Positions 14,101 through 27,152 of a stretch of 64,000 bases of DNA are shown here, one piece after another (position 1 is the stretch's first letter; the number at the start of each line of letters is the position of its first letter). The DNA lies in contig OZ237765.1 of the NCBI GenBank assembly GCA_965178125.1, forward strand, positions 310,001 to 374,000, in the 5' to 3' direction. Source of the DNA: Bilabrum cf. latius (lineage: Eukaryota). The translations under genes were made by a program, and so were the position numbers. The notes beneath the pieces were generated by a model. That model saw nothing but the letters and a program-made list of their open reading frames with translations, was not told the origin of the DNA and made no database searches.

Positions 14101-15758
14101 ATGCCTCCGATGGGAGTCCCCACACCGGCCGTGAGATCCGTTGGGCCCGCCTGATTGCCCTTGCCGCCACCTTGACCCAGAGCTAGAGCCACCTGCTGCT
14201 TCCTCCTCTTGCGCCTCCTGCGCTTCCGCCCGGATCTCCTCTACCTGGAAAGCACCCGCAGCAGCAGCAGCCCGGCTTCCCCCCGCTGCACCCTGAGGGC
14301 CCACTCCCGGACTCTCGAGAGGAGACGGGTCTGCCGCCAGAGTGCACGGCACTGCAGTGCAAGCAGCACCAGGGCAGACAGTGACATCAGCCAGTCAACG
14401 GACAGGTCCGCGCCAAGCCACCTGCGGGCCGCACTGACGTCACCCCCATCAGCTGGTAGGGGCCTGAGGGCCCCAGGCAGGTCTGACCCGCCGGAAGCAG
14501 ACGTCCCCGCGTCGGGGTCGTCGCCATCACCGGCCATGGTTCCGTTCACCGGCGCGATAGGTGGCGCTGTCTGGTGCAGCTCGCCCTCGCAGAGCCCCGC
14601 CCGATCGATGGCGAGCGTCTGCTGGATGGCTCCCCTGGTGCTGAAGTCGAAGAGCACAGCCAGCTGGTGGTGGTGGCAGGCAGTGCCGAGGGGGCCGGGG
14701 TTCACTGCCCGGAGGCACATGCGGAGGGAGAAGGCGATGCTGCGAGCCAGGAAGCGGTAGGGGCCCATCTGAGTCCCTTCAAGGGACGGCACCGCGCGAT
14801 TTGCGGAACCCAATGGGCCGCCGCCGCCATCCTCGGCGCCTCCCTCCAGCAGCGGCTGCAGCGGGCCCATGTCTCCGGGTCTCAGGTCCCACGTCCGCCC
14901 CGTGTGCCCCGGCGCCGCGCGGAGAGGTTCCGTAGGGTGGGACACGAACGTGTCCGAGTCGTATAGGACAGCCCGCAGCTGCACGGGCTGGGGCTCCTGC
15001 AAACCGGAAGTAGGGTTGGTGGTCCACTGGCATGCCGGGTACAGGTCGACCGTGGTCGCGTTGGGCCACGATGATGACGAGTGTCCCGGCTGGTCCCAGG
15101 CCCAGCTGGCTTCTGCTGCTCGCCTGGTCATCTCATCGTATGCGAGCACGGTGCGCCTCACGGCCTGCGCCACGTCCTCGGGGTCGTACAGGGTGACATA
15201 GGGCTCTGTCCAATCGAGAGCCTCGCCCAGCATGGCGCGTTCCCATGCTCGCTTCGAAGCCATGTGGAAGAAATCATCCTACCACGAAGATAGAAGCAGC
15301 TTGGTGGTGGCGAGCACCAGCAGAGCCATCTGCAGCATGAGCTTCCAGGGGACCCGGCCGAACCGAAGCATCTTTTCGGCGGCCGTCAGCGTCAACCGTT
15401 GCCTGATGGTCATTTTCTTCACGTGTTTCCTGCCGCAGCCGCAGCAACGAATACGAAGTCCACCGGTCAGGGAGCAGCCGATTTCGCACGCGCTCTCTGG
15501 TCCACCGATGCACACGGTATCGGGTGGCAGGTCGCCGGTGACTGCTGGGGTGCCAACATCCTCGGCGTAGCCACCACTGATCCCAGTACCAGCGACCAGA
15601 GGTGTTCTAGTATTAGTTGCATACTCTTCGAGACCGACTGCTCCCAACTCCTCGTTTGGGATCGAAATAATCGATCCTTCCCGGTCATCCATTGCTTGCT
15701 CTGCGAATGGATCGCTTTCCATCCGTCCGAGCAGAGGCGTCCGCTTTTCGTCCTGCAT
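11193..15758 (-). CDS. Mucolipin (TRPML)-like cation channel with long low-complexity inserts (4 in-frame TAG)
   Basis: N-terminal EKMLRFGRVPWKLMLQ motif; pore region LTLRKALPRVARLLVG..FRSLGQSCITLFAVLNGDVIRDQF..IYLYVFISLFIYVVLNVLLAV. One frame from ATG at 15758 to TGA at 11193-11195, with TAG at 15279, 14241, 11679 and 11451. Confidence 0.85.
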
Positions 15759-15935
15759 GATTCAAGTTAATTCAATGTATTCGCCAGAGTGTTATCTGCT
15801 ACCATCCAAGGCTAGCCAGAAATGCGACGATATTGGATCGATGGGTCGAAGTACAGGTTGCAACCGCTTTTCAACGAACGTTCCACGCTTGTTCAGTTTT
15901 GTGGATGAACAGAGCCATCGATGTAATCACCATCA

Positions 15936-17105
15936 TTATGATCGCAACCACTTTATGATCGCATCCGCCTTCATCCTTTTCCCAGCCACCTGTTGCATGT
16001 TAAGGAACTGGTCCTTGATCACCTTCAGGTTGCTCCCCTCTGCCTCGCCTGCTTTCCCCACCCATGGAAACAGCCTGGAGTGAACAATGATTCCCTGGCC
16101 GGTGGTGGCAAGTGCTGGCAGCATGCAGAACGTGCTTGGGTTGCAGAATGTCTGCTTTGACAGGACCATGCGGCCGTACGAGGCGAGCACGGTTTCGTCC
16201 GGATCATTCCGAATATTCACGCGAGCCGCGGGAAACGTTCCTTCCAAATACGCCTTCATGTCGCGCGCCAGCTAATTGCAAGTCGCCAGAAAGCCGCAGT
16301 CGTTCTTCCTGCAGGTCCCCTTGTTCTGCGGCACCGTCACGATCCCGATGCTCCTCGTCCCCTGGTCCAGCTCCCTATCGTACACCTTGTACTTGACCCA
16401 GCCGTACTCGCTGTGGTGTGCATACCGCATGATATCGCCACATCGGAAGTAGATCGTGGCCTCGTCAAGCTCTGGGGCCTCCCAGCCGGCGATCCTGGAC
16501 CCGTTCACGTCCAGCCCCTCCATCCACGCCAATGCGGCTCGTCGGAGGTCTCGGCGGACGAACGGCGCCGCGCGTTCTAGACCGGTTCCGCACGTGTGCG
16601 GGAACCCACTGTTGCAGTCGCGGCACACCTCCTTCCAAGGTGGGAGGTCGATGCAGTGCTGGCCGCCGAGCGAGACGATCGTGTCGTTGTGAGACGGCGC
16701 GGCGTCACCTTCTCGTATCACCATTGCATCCGGGGGGACTCCTGATGGAAAAACTATGTGGCATGCAGAAAGATGTGGCTAGCCAAACATGGCATGTGCG
16801 TGAACCGAACCGTTGCTAACAGCGAGCACATCGGGATCCCTACAGCGCGTTCTGAGCTCGACGCCAGCAGCGGTTGCAGCGATCTGCGCCATGTAGACTT
16901 GTGCCAGTGAGTTTCCAGTGGAGCCTACCGAACATCCTGACTTCATCTTGATTGCCTTGGGTAGGTTGAGTTCATGCTTCTTCAGCACGCTGCATACTGA
17001 CTGGTAAGCACCTGCCGGCAACTCATCCAATTCGCTCGCAGATGCCGTGAATACGGCTCCAAGTCCTACAAAATATAGGAACAATAATAATAATGGATGG
17101 AGCAT
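15936..17105 (-). CDS. Secreted/type II protein, possibly fucosyltransferase-like glycosyltransferase (2 in-frame TAG)
   Basis: Hydrophobic N-terminus. The GNSLA, IYFRCGD and STFCMLPAL motifs resemble GT11/GT23-type fucosyltransferases. Three same-frame ORFs are joined across TAG at 16779 and 16272; ends TAA-TGA. The function call is tentative. Confidence 0.55.
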
Positions 17106-17352
17106 CCAGCTGCACAGTGCAGGTTAAATAGCTGAGTACGACCTCCAGACTAGTTGTAGCTACAGTGCAATGCATATCCATTATTCTTGAAAGCTGACAT
17201 TTTTCTTGATTCTGGCGCTACCACGGCACATCTAACGACAGTTTGCAATTGATACCACTTTTTAGTCAGAAAATCACTGGAGCGATATCCGATTTGGCCC
17301 GAACTACTGCTGGTGAGCCCTTGGATTGAGTGGCGGTTCTATCGAGGTGGCA

Positions 17353-20300
17353 ATGTCTGCTGTATCTGACACCAATTTGAAAGTGCTCAAAAACCAACTT
17401 GGAGTGCAAGCATGCTAGTATCATGTACTGGTGCTCGGAGCAGCCCTTCTTGGAGCGGCGTGGCTGGCGGTTCAGAGTGGCGCCTCTTGGCAAAGCAACC
17501 TACTGGACAACCTCGGAGGGGCAGCAGCATTTGGTTTTGACGGGGTCCTACATAGCGTCCAAATTGTGCTTTCATTTCGATTTCCGTACTTCTCATGGCA
17601 AGTTGTTGCCTGTGCTGCACTATGGTTGGCAGTGATGCGCTGTTTGCGTTTAAGCGTTCTGATGGCAGTAGCGGCGATCATGATTGCCTTGTACGGCGGC
17701 AGTCAGTCAGCAGCGTGTTTTGCATTTAGTATGCTCGAAGCTCTTGTGACGGCCACTTTCATGCTGATCGGTGCTGCAGTCACCATTGATGTAGCATCGG
17801 TTGCTCGGTTCGGGACTTCAAGAACTGGATTGCTAGCACAAAATTTGCAGAGTGCGAGCCCTGCTACATTCCTCAAAAGAACGTACCGATATCTGCGTGG
17901 TCTATTTGACCCTTCAAAGGGGCCTGCCCCGGGTGGGCAAGTGCAGCGCAGGCCTGTAGATGGCGGTCCGATGGCGCGAGGGCAGGGAGGTGTGCATGGG
18001 CAGCAAGACCACCAGGACAAGTACATCAATCGGGTCATTGCGAAGCACCTGCAGGAAGCGTCCCTCCCGTGGACCATGCTGGCCATGGCGTCCTCTGTGA
18101 TCGCGTGGGCGCTGGTCATGGCTCGGCATAGCGCCGCTCCAAGGCTGGACCTCTGGCTGCTGGGCCACTCGTGCGGAGCAGACTGGGAGCCACCGGGCAT
18201 TATTGATGCGATGGGGGCGGCAATTGGGGCTCATGTGCAGCCATCTTCCTTATCTCGGCTGGAGAAGGCATCGTTTCGCGAGTTCTGGGACACGTCTGAC
18301 GGTGTGTGTGTGTGGGACGGGGTTGAGGATGCAGTGAGAGCGCACTGGGCGGGGATTACGCAGCAGCATGGCGATGGGAATCAGACCGCAGTTGGCCCTA
18401 CAGCGGATACTCACGACTAGAATGGCGACCGCGCTGGCGGTTAGTCAGCCCAGCGCAGGCGGTCGCACGAGTCGTCCGGCGTCAGAATCGATGACTCGGA
18501 GGCGCTGCTCCGTTTGGCTGCCCGGGCCGCGACTGCTCTGCGCTGCGCATCCAGGCTACTATGGCACGCAAATAATGTTGTTGTACATATTGACGTTCCC
18601 AGTCTGCTAGAAGAGCACCGTAGACAATGGAAAAGTGCAATCACCATCTCTTCTACTAGCAGTGGAGTCGGCAGGAATGAGCAGGACCCAGTTGATTTGT
18701 TAGCTCCCCACCTCGATGCTCTGTTTACAGCAAGGGCCCATCAGGCTCCGTGGAGCAGCTCGGCGAGTGGAACCCTGTAGTCAGTCGGTCCGTGCCTGCT
18801 TGCTGAATCCAACCTGCTGCATGGCGCTGCAGGGCTGGCATGGAACGCTACGAGCCCGATCATGGGGGAGGGGGGCGCAACCGGTTCGGAAAGTGCTGCC
18901 CTCAGCGAGCTTTCAGCCGTTGCAGTCGAATGGCAGCACTCCGTGCCCGATAGACATACAGGGTCAGATGCTGAGGTGGGCAAGGGTACCGATGGTGCCA
19001 GCTTGCATGGTCTGAGAAGGTACAACGCAGATGCAGTGGCTCGTGCCTCCTGGCAGGCTGTCGATGCCGAGCTGACCCCAAACACGCAGCCGTTCATGCC
19101 GCTGGCCGCGCTGCTAATTTAGTCTGTAGCAACCATCCGATGCAATAACGGGCTAGGTGCTGCATGGCCATCTAGACCGAAGGGTCCGCAGTCTCAGTAT
19201 GATGTTTATGCAAAGGTGCAGTACGTCGAAGTTGCTCCCAATGTACCCCTTGCCATGTGGCTGGGAAGGGAATATAGGGCGCACGGGATAGATTCCTGGG
19301 ATCTATCGGCTGCCCATATTCTGCCCATGACGCCTGGAATGTTCCGATCGGGACTTCATTTCGTCCACTGGCTGGGTATTGGTGCCATGGCGTGGGTCGT
19401 GCAGCTGGTCACGCTGCTCCGTTTCGCACTAGCACTGGAAGGGACATTGCAAGAGAAAGCCACGCCATACTTGCAAGTGCAGACGGAGCTTTGGCAAGGC
19501 CTGGCTCTCCACTGGTACATCGTGTACCTGGGCTCGAAGGAGGCGATCTTCGTGTCGCTGGCCGAGTGGACGCTCGCACGACTTTGGCATGCCCCATTGT
19601 TTTCTGTTCTGTCGCTGCTCTGCAGCCCAGTCGTCGCGTTTTCGATCATGCTTTGGGCCCTCTAGGCCGCACAGCGTAATGGCTGGCTGAATATGGTTTC
19701 ATCTACTACGGCATATGTTGCAGTGAGGCAAACCGCTCCCAGGTCCGGCACTGCGGCGATGGCGGCTCTATGGCGAGGAGTGCTTGCATATGGCAAGAAC
19801 GGAGAGACTACCACCCGTGCTGTGCTGGCGACAGTGTTGGCTCCTATTTTTAGGTTCGTTGTCCAGAGTGTGTGGGGCCCTTTTGCGGACGAGTGGTCCT
19901 CAATTGGGCGGCAGGGGCGGCAGGGGCAGCAGGGGCGGATCGAGGAGGATGAGAGACTGAAGTACAAGCACACAAAGCTCTCTATGATGTTTGTGCTGTC
20001 TGCGTGGATGGTCGCCGCCGGTCTCGTAGTCATGACGAGCGCACGGATTGCGATAGACACTTCGATTGAGCGGTATATGGTGCTTCTAGCCGTCTATCGC
20101 AAGACTCTCTTGAATGGCTTGGAATCCGACGAGCTGAAGGTAGTGGATATCTGGAGCGTGGTGGAGATGGCTTGTATTGGATTCTTCCTGTACTTTGCCT
20201 GTTTGAATGCCGATACATTGAGGCGTAGGCTAGCGACGGCCGCTCATAGGGTGCACCTCTTTCTAGATACCAAGGTGGAGGGGTTCTACAGCTTGTTCAG

Positions 20301-23300
20301 CGGATCTGCAGATGTTCTCAGTCAGGACCATCCTGTCGTTGGGTTCTTTCCAGTTGAACTTGCTAACTTGCACCACTCTGTCTAGCTTTTGTGGCATGCA
20401 ATCAGGCTAGATCTGCAGCGTGCTGGCCCCTTCATGGGCGAGCCTGGACCTGGACCAAGTCGTGCGGCCCTAGCTGCGGGTCATGTGGGGGGAAGAGGTG
20501 CGCGCCGCCGTCTGCTACAAGATGCACAGTATGCCGCAAGCCCGGCGCATGACCGTGCACGACGCCATACTGAGTAGCCAGATACGCCAAATTTTGAGAA
20601 TCCTTTCGATTCTGAAGACGACGAGGAGGGTGCTGAAGAATTTGTTGGGACTGGGCACGTCAATGGGATGCCTGACGTCTCTCCCGGAGTCCACGCTGGC
20701 CTTCGTGCGCTCGTGGGCAGCGGAACAGGCAACATTGAACGAGTTCGCGTTGTAGACCATGACCCGCGGCGGGACGGGCTATTCGACCTGGCCAGGGCGA
20801 CTGCTGAGCAACGGATGGCCGGCTTGTCCACCGCCATGCTAGGGAGCTACTCGCCCAATGCTGTGGTGATCCGTTCGCCCAACCGCCCTGGCAAGTATTA
20901 CATGGGCCAAGCAGAGGGCCGTGCTGCGCTTCAGGAGCTGCAGTTTAGGCGTTTGTCCAGCCTGAGGGGCGATTTGGTTCGGTGTGGCTATGACGAAGCA
21001 AGCCTGGATGGGTCAATCGACGCGGCTGAGGATCGCTTGGCGCGGCAGCAGGCCCAAATGGGGGCCGCAGAGCACGGGGTCAATAAAGAAGCAGCGCCTG
21101 CGACCCCGAATAATGGCTCGAGCGGTGTGGGTGATTGCAGTGGTTCGGTAATTTCCATTGAAAGCCGGGGCAGCACCTCGTCTACCCGTGGTCATGCCTC
21201 CGCTTCAAGCCAAGCATATGTTGTCCAAACGCCTGGGTCTGGACTGTACACTGGCATGATGAGAGATACCGACGCTCCAGGCGAAGAGGAGGGAGGTTAT
21301 GAAAGCGCAGATAGTGATTTAGCCGTCTCCGTTCTATCCGATGGTTCTGAATCTGTGGCTGGGTCGCAGATGTCAGGCGTGGTGGCAGGGCTCGCGGGTC
21401 AAGGGTTAGATGCTGCCGCCTTGATGCAACAGAGCAGGGCATACTTTGATAGATCCGGTCAGAATGAATCTGACGAAAGGAACGAACCCAATATGCACGC
21501 ACAACAAGAGCGCCCAGATGCACACAGTGCGCCGAAAGGTTCGGGCACAGCAAGTCGTGCTTGGGCTCCGCGGCAGGAAGATGACCTGGTCGCGGCAGGA
21601 TAGGATACGGGGGACGTCCGCGACCACGCCCGCGTTGAAGGGATGCACGGCCCTGGCAAGAACGCTGTTGCGACTGTCGCGTCGTACGTGTAGCTGGTAT
21701 GGAAGCTGCTGCGTAGCGTCCTCGATACCAAGCCGAAGAAACCGCTCTAGCTTGGCTTGGCCGGAACCATACAAGTCAAGGCCCACAGGGAGGCCGAGCC
21801 TGGCGTGATGCCCGGGCTACACCTCCTTGCCGGGCACTGGCGCGGGAGGACGATCCTCGGTGGTATCCCTGTTCCATCGTGCCTGTGGGGATTTGGCTCT
21901 CTCCTGGAGATTGGGGTGGATCGGCTGGGCGTGTCGACGTACAACCCGCCTGGAGCCAAGCCATGGATAGAGAGGGACAACCTTATTGGTGGTGCATCAG
22001 GGGAGCATACGTCTGAGACGGGCTAGCATGGTGGCGGCACTTCCATGCCTGGCTTGCAAAGAAATTACGACGGCGATGACGCAGACGTCGACTTTGATAG
22101 CACCTACCAGCAGACTCTCCTGCCCAGGCTGTTAAGAGAGGTCTTCCAGCTCTCGAAGTGGAACAAAAAGGCGTCACCGCAACAGCTACAGGGTGTCCTG
22201 GGGGCAAAACTGGCTCGCAGGCTTGCACAGATGTACCGTGCCGCGGACGCCGCTCGCCGGACCCTGGCGAGGCTGTCCCGGGGCGAAGGCATGTACTCTG
22301 CAAAGTCCATGATAGGGTACGTGCACGCGGCACCGATCGTGTCGCCGCGAGTCTGGGTATTGCAGGAGAGAGGCAGGATGGAGTTTCCTCAGGACGTGCT
22401 GATGTCCGCTCGCGTGGATGTGCTGTCTATTCTCGACACACTGAGCAGCCTGGTCGGAAGGGTGTCCCTCTTGGAGACTGCCCTTGCGAGCATATCAAGA
22501 CTTGCAGACAGGATCGGTATCGGGCAGGGCAGGACCATCGACCCGCGTGCGATCCACGGGTGGGTTACAAGCTCCATCAACTTGCTCGATGGTCTGGCAC
22601 AAGCCGTAAATCAGTCAGTTGGAGCAGACGACGATGGGATGGAAGGGCTGCTGTTTTCGCTGTGGGCAGATTCGTCGGGTATTGATGCTGGGCAAGGCGC
22701 GGAAAGAGTAGTGGGCAGCTCCCTGCAAACCAAAGCCAAAGCAAAGGGAGACATTGGCAGCTACGGATGGGAACGCGGCGACAAACGAAGTGCGGTCACC
22801 TTGACCGGGCAGCCGAAGCAAGGCATCATCGCCCTCCGCAAGCACCGCACTCGAAGGGAGCAGCTGTCGCTGATGCGGCGCACGGATGCTGATGCTTGCC
22901 GGGGCCGGCCGGGATTGCCTGACGAGGGAACATTGGAGGGGCAGCTGAGGGAAAAGTGCTGGCAGAAGTACCAGAACAGCACACTGCATGTGGCAGACAT
23001 GCCGTTGCTACCATGGCTAGAAGCCCGGCGCTTCGCTCGATCAATCACGCAGGCAGCGTTCGGCCGCCCCGGTGACCCAGCCTCTGTCACTGAGACGTGG
23101 AGGGATGTGGAGGCGATGATCGACGTCGCCACGACTATGAGGAGCGGCGCGCTGTCAGTTGCACACCGAGCCAGGGTGATTGCATCTGCTGGTTACCGCG
23201 CTGCTCGATGGGCTTGGGTTCGCGCAACCGGAACTACGCAGGGCGATACCATGAGCACGGCTGGCGGGGCACAACCAGCAGAGGGAGCCGCGGAGCAGCT

Positions 23301-25182
23301 CGCGAGTGCCCCCAATGGAATGATGCGAGAGGAAGAGCAGGACGAGGAAGAGTTCGACTATGCAAGTGGGGAGGATGGTGGCTACTATGGTGACTCTGTG
23401 ACCGACCGTGGGGGTGTGTTCCAGCAGCGAGCAATGCGCGAGGAGGAGCAGCGCCGGGATCATCTGCTGGCCCAAGAGGCAGAGGAGAAGGCTGCAGCCC
23501 AGGCGCGAGCAGCACGGGCAGTGGAGCTTGAAATGTGGCAGCGAGTTCGGCATCGGGTTCTGGATGCAAGCAAGGCATCTTAGGCAGGTGAGGTGGCCAG
23601 GGTCACCATTCGAGACACTCCCGCTCAGGTGCGGGCTCGCCTTGACGCAGCCCAGTACTGGACGACTGCCACAGATGCCGAGGCAACCAAAGATCACCAG
23701 AGCAGTCCTTACGCCGACACAGCTGAACCGTTTGAGCTGTCGCCCTCCGATGATGTGGGCCCTGCCACGAACGCCGCCGGCGCGATCGCAGGGGACCGCT
23801 TCGAGGTGTCAGTGGGCGTGCAGGAGGGACCCTTCCGGTACCGGGTCCCACTCGTCACATGGGAGGGTGGCGTGACTAGCGGCGCTCTGCTTAGCATGGA
23901 CTTTGTGTGGGACAAGACTCGTGAGCTGTTCGTTCGGCTGGAGGGGGCCAGGAGGCGGCTGTTCGCGGAGAGCATGCAGGCGATGCTCCAGAGGCCCGAG
24001 TGCCAGGAGTTTGCGCCGATCGTAAGATCCATGGCCCGCCTAGAGCCGGGAGCTGCGCCTGGATTGATCGATCTTGCTGAGGAGGGCGTCTATGCCATGG
24101 CGTTTGGCACGCTGGATAGAAGTGGTACTCAGCTAGATTGGGATGAGGTGGTTGCAAGGCAACGGTAGGCACGGGGGGGTGATAGCAAGCAAGAAGATAC
24201 ACTGCATGGTTCTCCTGATTTAGTGCCGGGTGCAGAACGATCTGAAACAGGTCCTGCCGCGGGCATGCCCAGTTCAGGCCCCGCTAGTAATGGCTTGCAC
24301 CCTGATTGGGGCCTCTAGCAGGTGCCATTCGACAGGGTCGATGAGACCATGGAGACTCGAATGCGCACACTGAAGCGATTCACTGCGCAGGCCAGCAAGG
24401 GAATCCTGGTTGAAATCGGGTCCCTGTACATGTGCGAGTGTACTCGTCACATCGAGAGGCAGAGAGAACGCAGGGACCGCAGGGACCGCAGGGCGGCAAG
24501 GCAGGCCCGGCGAGGGGCTCACGGGGGTCCCGAGGGGCGGTGGGTCCGAGGTAGTGCCACTGGCTTGGACACAGGGGAAGCGTATTGCCCGAGCCCCCCG
24601 CCGCAGCATGGCTAGATGGACGGCGGGGAGACGCGTGAATCTCGCTCTAACCCTGTCAGTGGCTCTGGCTCTGCCAGCTCGATTGGGCGGGCTTCGGCCC
24701 AGGCAGCCAGGGCGATGCGCAAGCTGCTGCGGGACGCCGACTGGGTGCTGAGACACTCGGGCTTAATGGGAGCCATCGTCGGCAGGCAGCGGTGGGCACG
24801 CATCCAGGGGCTGCTGAGGAACGTCATCGGCGTAGCTCGGTCGATGCTGTCGCACGGGTCGGCTCACGATTTCTTCTCCGTGCATCGCCTCAGCACCCTA
24901 CTGTCCATGGAGCTGGGGCTTAGGATGGCAGATGCCTATCTGGTGGCCCAAGGAAGGTTCATCGTAGCCTCGATAAGCCCTCCGAGGCCTTTGGATGACA
25001 TGGGTGCCAGAGGTGGCGCAGGCCGTGCGGGGCCTGGGGGCATGAAGGTGGCTGCGGGGCATTGGGACGCGCCGAACCCCGCAGAATTTGCGGTCCAAGT
25101 CACGGGCCGGGGCCTTCTTCACGTGATCCTGAGGCTACTTAGTTGCCATTTGCAGTTCACGGTATCGAATGCGCTGCAGTAA
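17353..25182 (+). CDS. Large uncharacterised multi-pass membrane protein (2609 aa, 16 in-frame TAG)
   Basis: Twelve consecutive track ORFs lie in the same frame from ATG at 17353 to TAA at 25180-25182, separated only by TAG. Hydrophobic segments at about 17430-17790, 18070-18130 and 19350-20200. No family recognised. Confidence 0.8.
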
Positions 25183-25358
25183 CTGCTCCGCTTCGGCGCT
25201 ATGACGTACCCACGACTTGGATGTGACTAGTGTTTGACATCGCTGACGTGTCTGTAGGAACAAGGGCTTTATTTCGTCGTGTTAAGGTTACTATGCATGC
25301 CTTAAGATACATGCGCAATACAGTGAATTTAATACTCGGTGGAGCGGGCGTATATTCC

Positions 25359-27011
25359 ATGACGTAGGCTATGCAGCCCACGGAAGCACTTGAAGGTCAA
25401 GACTCCACGTCAGCAGCTACGAGGCATTGCAGTCATCCCGCGTTCGAGAAGAGATCACGAACTATTGACGATCCACCACGTGAATATGCATCTTCAGGCG
25501 TGATAACCATCCGCTCGGCCATCCCAAACTGTGCTAACTTGGCAAAGAGTATCCGAACAGCGCTGCCCCCCCCGCTGCTACAAGAGCAGTCCAGGAGGCG
25601 CTTGCATTCAGATTTGCTGATACCTCTACGCCGGAAATCTTCTAGAAGCGGGTTCTTCTAGGGTAATAGTCCAGGATCTGCGAATCTGTCCCCTGGATCA
25701 GGCCGAGGTAGACAATGGCAGCCTCGCTCCAGTTTGCGTCCATCAGAGCTAGACGACCTGTAGCGCAAGATATCAAGCTCAATTCAAAATGTTGAACTAG
25801 TTTGGCTGCCCATTGTATGGGAGTTGCTAAATCTTGGAGAGTTCACGCCGTAGCAGTCACTAATCCCGAGGGGGGCTGAGCTTGTTCGCAGTGAGTGCCA
25901 GGTCGTCATTGCAAAGGCATCACGGCTCGCAGAGCCCCAGATGTGGCATCAAGACAATGGAAAAGGTGGAATTACTCTGATCATCGCTCTGGAAGACATC
26001 GAGGGGGAAGCAGCCGGGGGCACTGAGATACTGCTCGGCTCTCACCACATCACACAACGAGGGTAGTCGGCCATGAACCCGCAGGCTCCTACACGGCCCC
26101 GTGAATTTCTTGCTCCTGACCTGCATGTCATCGCAACCAGCCCCAGTACCTCCATGCACAATACATGCACCCCTGCCAGGCCTGTGCCTCGAGAACAATC
26201 AAGCCCAGACGCATCGTCCGACCGTGTGGTAGAGCCTGCCCTCCATCAACTTGAAGGCACCAGCCTGCCAGAGAGGCCGAAGCCGCCGACCGAGCGCAAT
26301 AGACTGTCCTGGCTCCGACAGGTGCGCCGCGTCGTGCCCGTGCTCAAGGCCGGCGATGTAGTGGTCATGGATGCGCGAACCATCCACAGAGGCTTGCCCA
26401 ACCGACGGACACCACGAGCCATCGCCGCAGCTGTGGCAAAGGCAAGGTGCGCACAAGATGGCGACTCGCACGATGAATCCGACGTCTGGGGGAGTACAGG
26501 CATTGCATGCGACACAAATGAGCGCATGGTAGAGACTTCACCATCGTGGCTAATAGAGACTTCACCATCGTGGCTACCTGTTGCGTCGCATCAGCCCCCG
26601 TCAGAGGAGCTGCAGGCAGCAGTGGCGCAAGCATCCGCGGACATCCTTGAGGCAGCCAGTAGCCTGCAGAAAGCGACTGGGCTGCGATGGTCCGACGCAT
26701 GGGAGCCTGGAGACAGGCCCATTCTCGTCATACGGTACGACACCGCGGACAACAAGCCGCCCGGCTAGTCGATGGTCTGGACTCTTGCTGTGAGGTCGGT
26801 GATTGGGCCGGTCCTGAGCTGGATGGCCGGCGAAGCACCGGCAGGGCTCGTACGAGGCGGTGACCCAGGGCCACAGCCCGAGTCCGAGTACACCGCCTCC
26901 ATTGGTCTGACTGGGACTCTTTCTGCCAAGACCAAGGCTACAGGGGAGCACTCGTGTTCACCCGCGGACGGCACACCCTCTCCAGACTCGACGGACCAAG
27001 GCAGGAACTGA
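25359..27011 (+). CDS. PhyH-like Fe(II)/2-oxoglutarate dioxygenase
   Basis: PQMWHQD (HxD), LIIALEDI..GGTEILLGSH and GDVVVMDARTIHRGLPN (distal His). Single frame with TAG at 25365, 25659, 25761, 25851, 26064 and 26766; TGA stop. The start could be 25371. Confidence 0.8.
26530..26576 (+). repeat. 24-nt tandem duplication inside the dioxygenase CDS (ETSPSWL x2)
   Basis: tagagacttcaccatcgtggcta occurs twice with a 24-nt period. Confidence 0.9.
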
Positions 27012-27152
27012 GCCATGGGAACTTACCGAAACCCGCAGGATTATATAGATGTGCGTGATGGGATCTACTGTAAGTACGACCACACTGCAGCCGTGATTCA
27101 CGCCTTCTCCATCATCGTCGTTCTGGTCTGGATTCCATCAATCTAGCAACAG

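Noticed and set aside
15933-15938. TAA also reassigned (table 6 code)
   Set aside because: No internal in-frame TAA was found, against about 100 TAG and frequent CAA use. The three TAA occur at apparent gene ends. The one at 15936 is followed by TGA and is uninformative alone.
17353-25182. Pyrrolysine or programmed readthrough at UAG
   Set aside because: The DNA is eukaryotic and intron-containing. TAGs are abundant, context-free, sometimes tandem, and fall at Gln-type positions.
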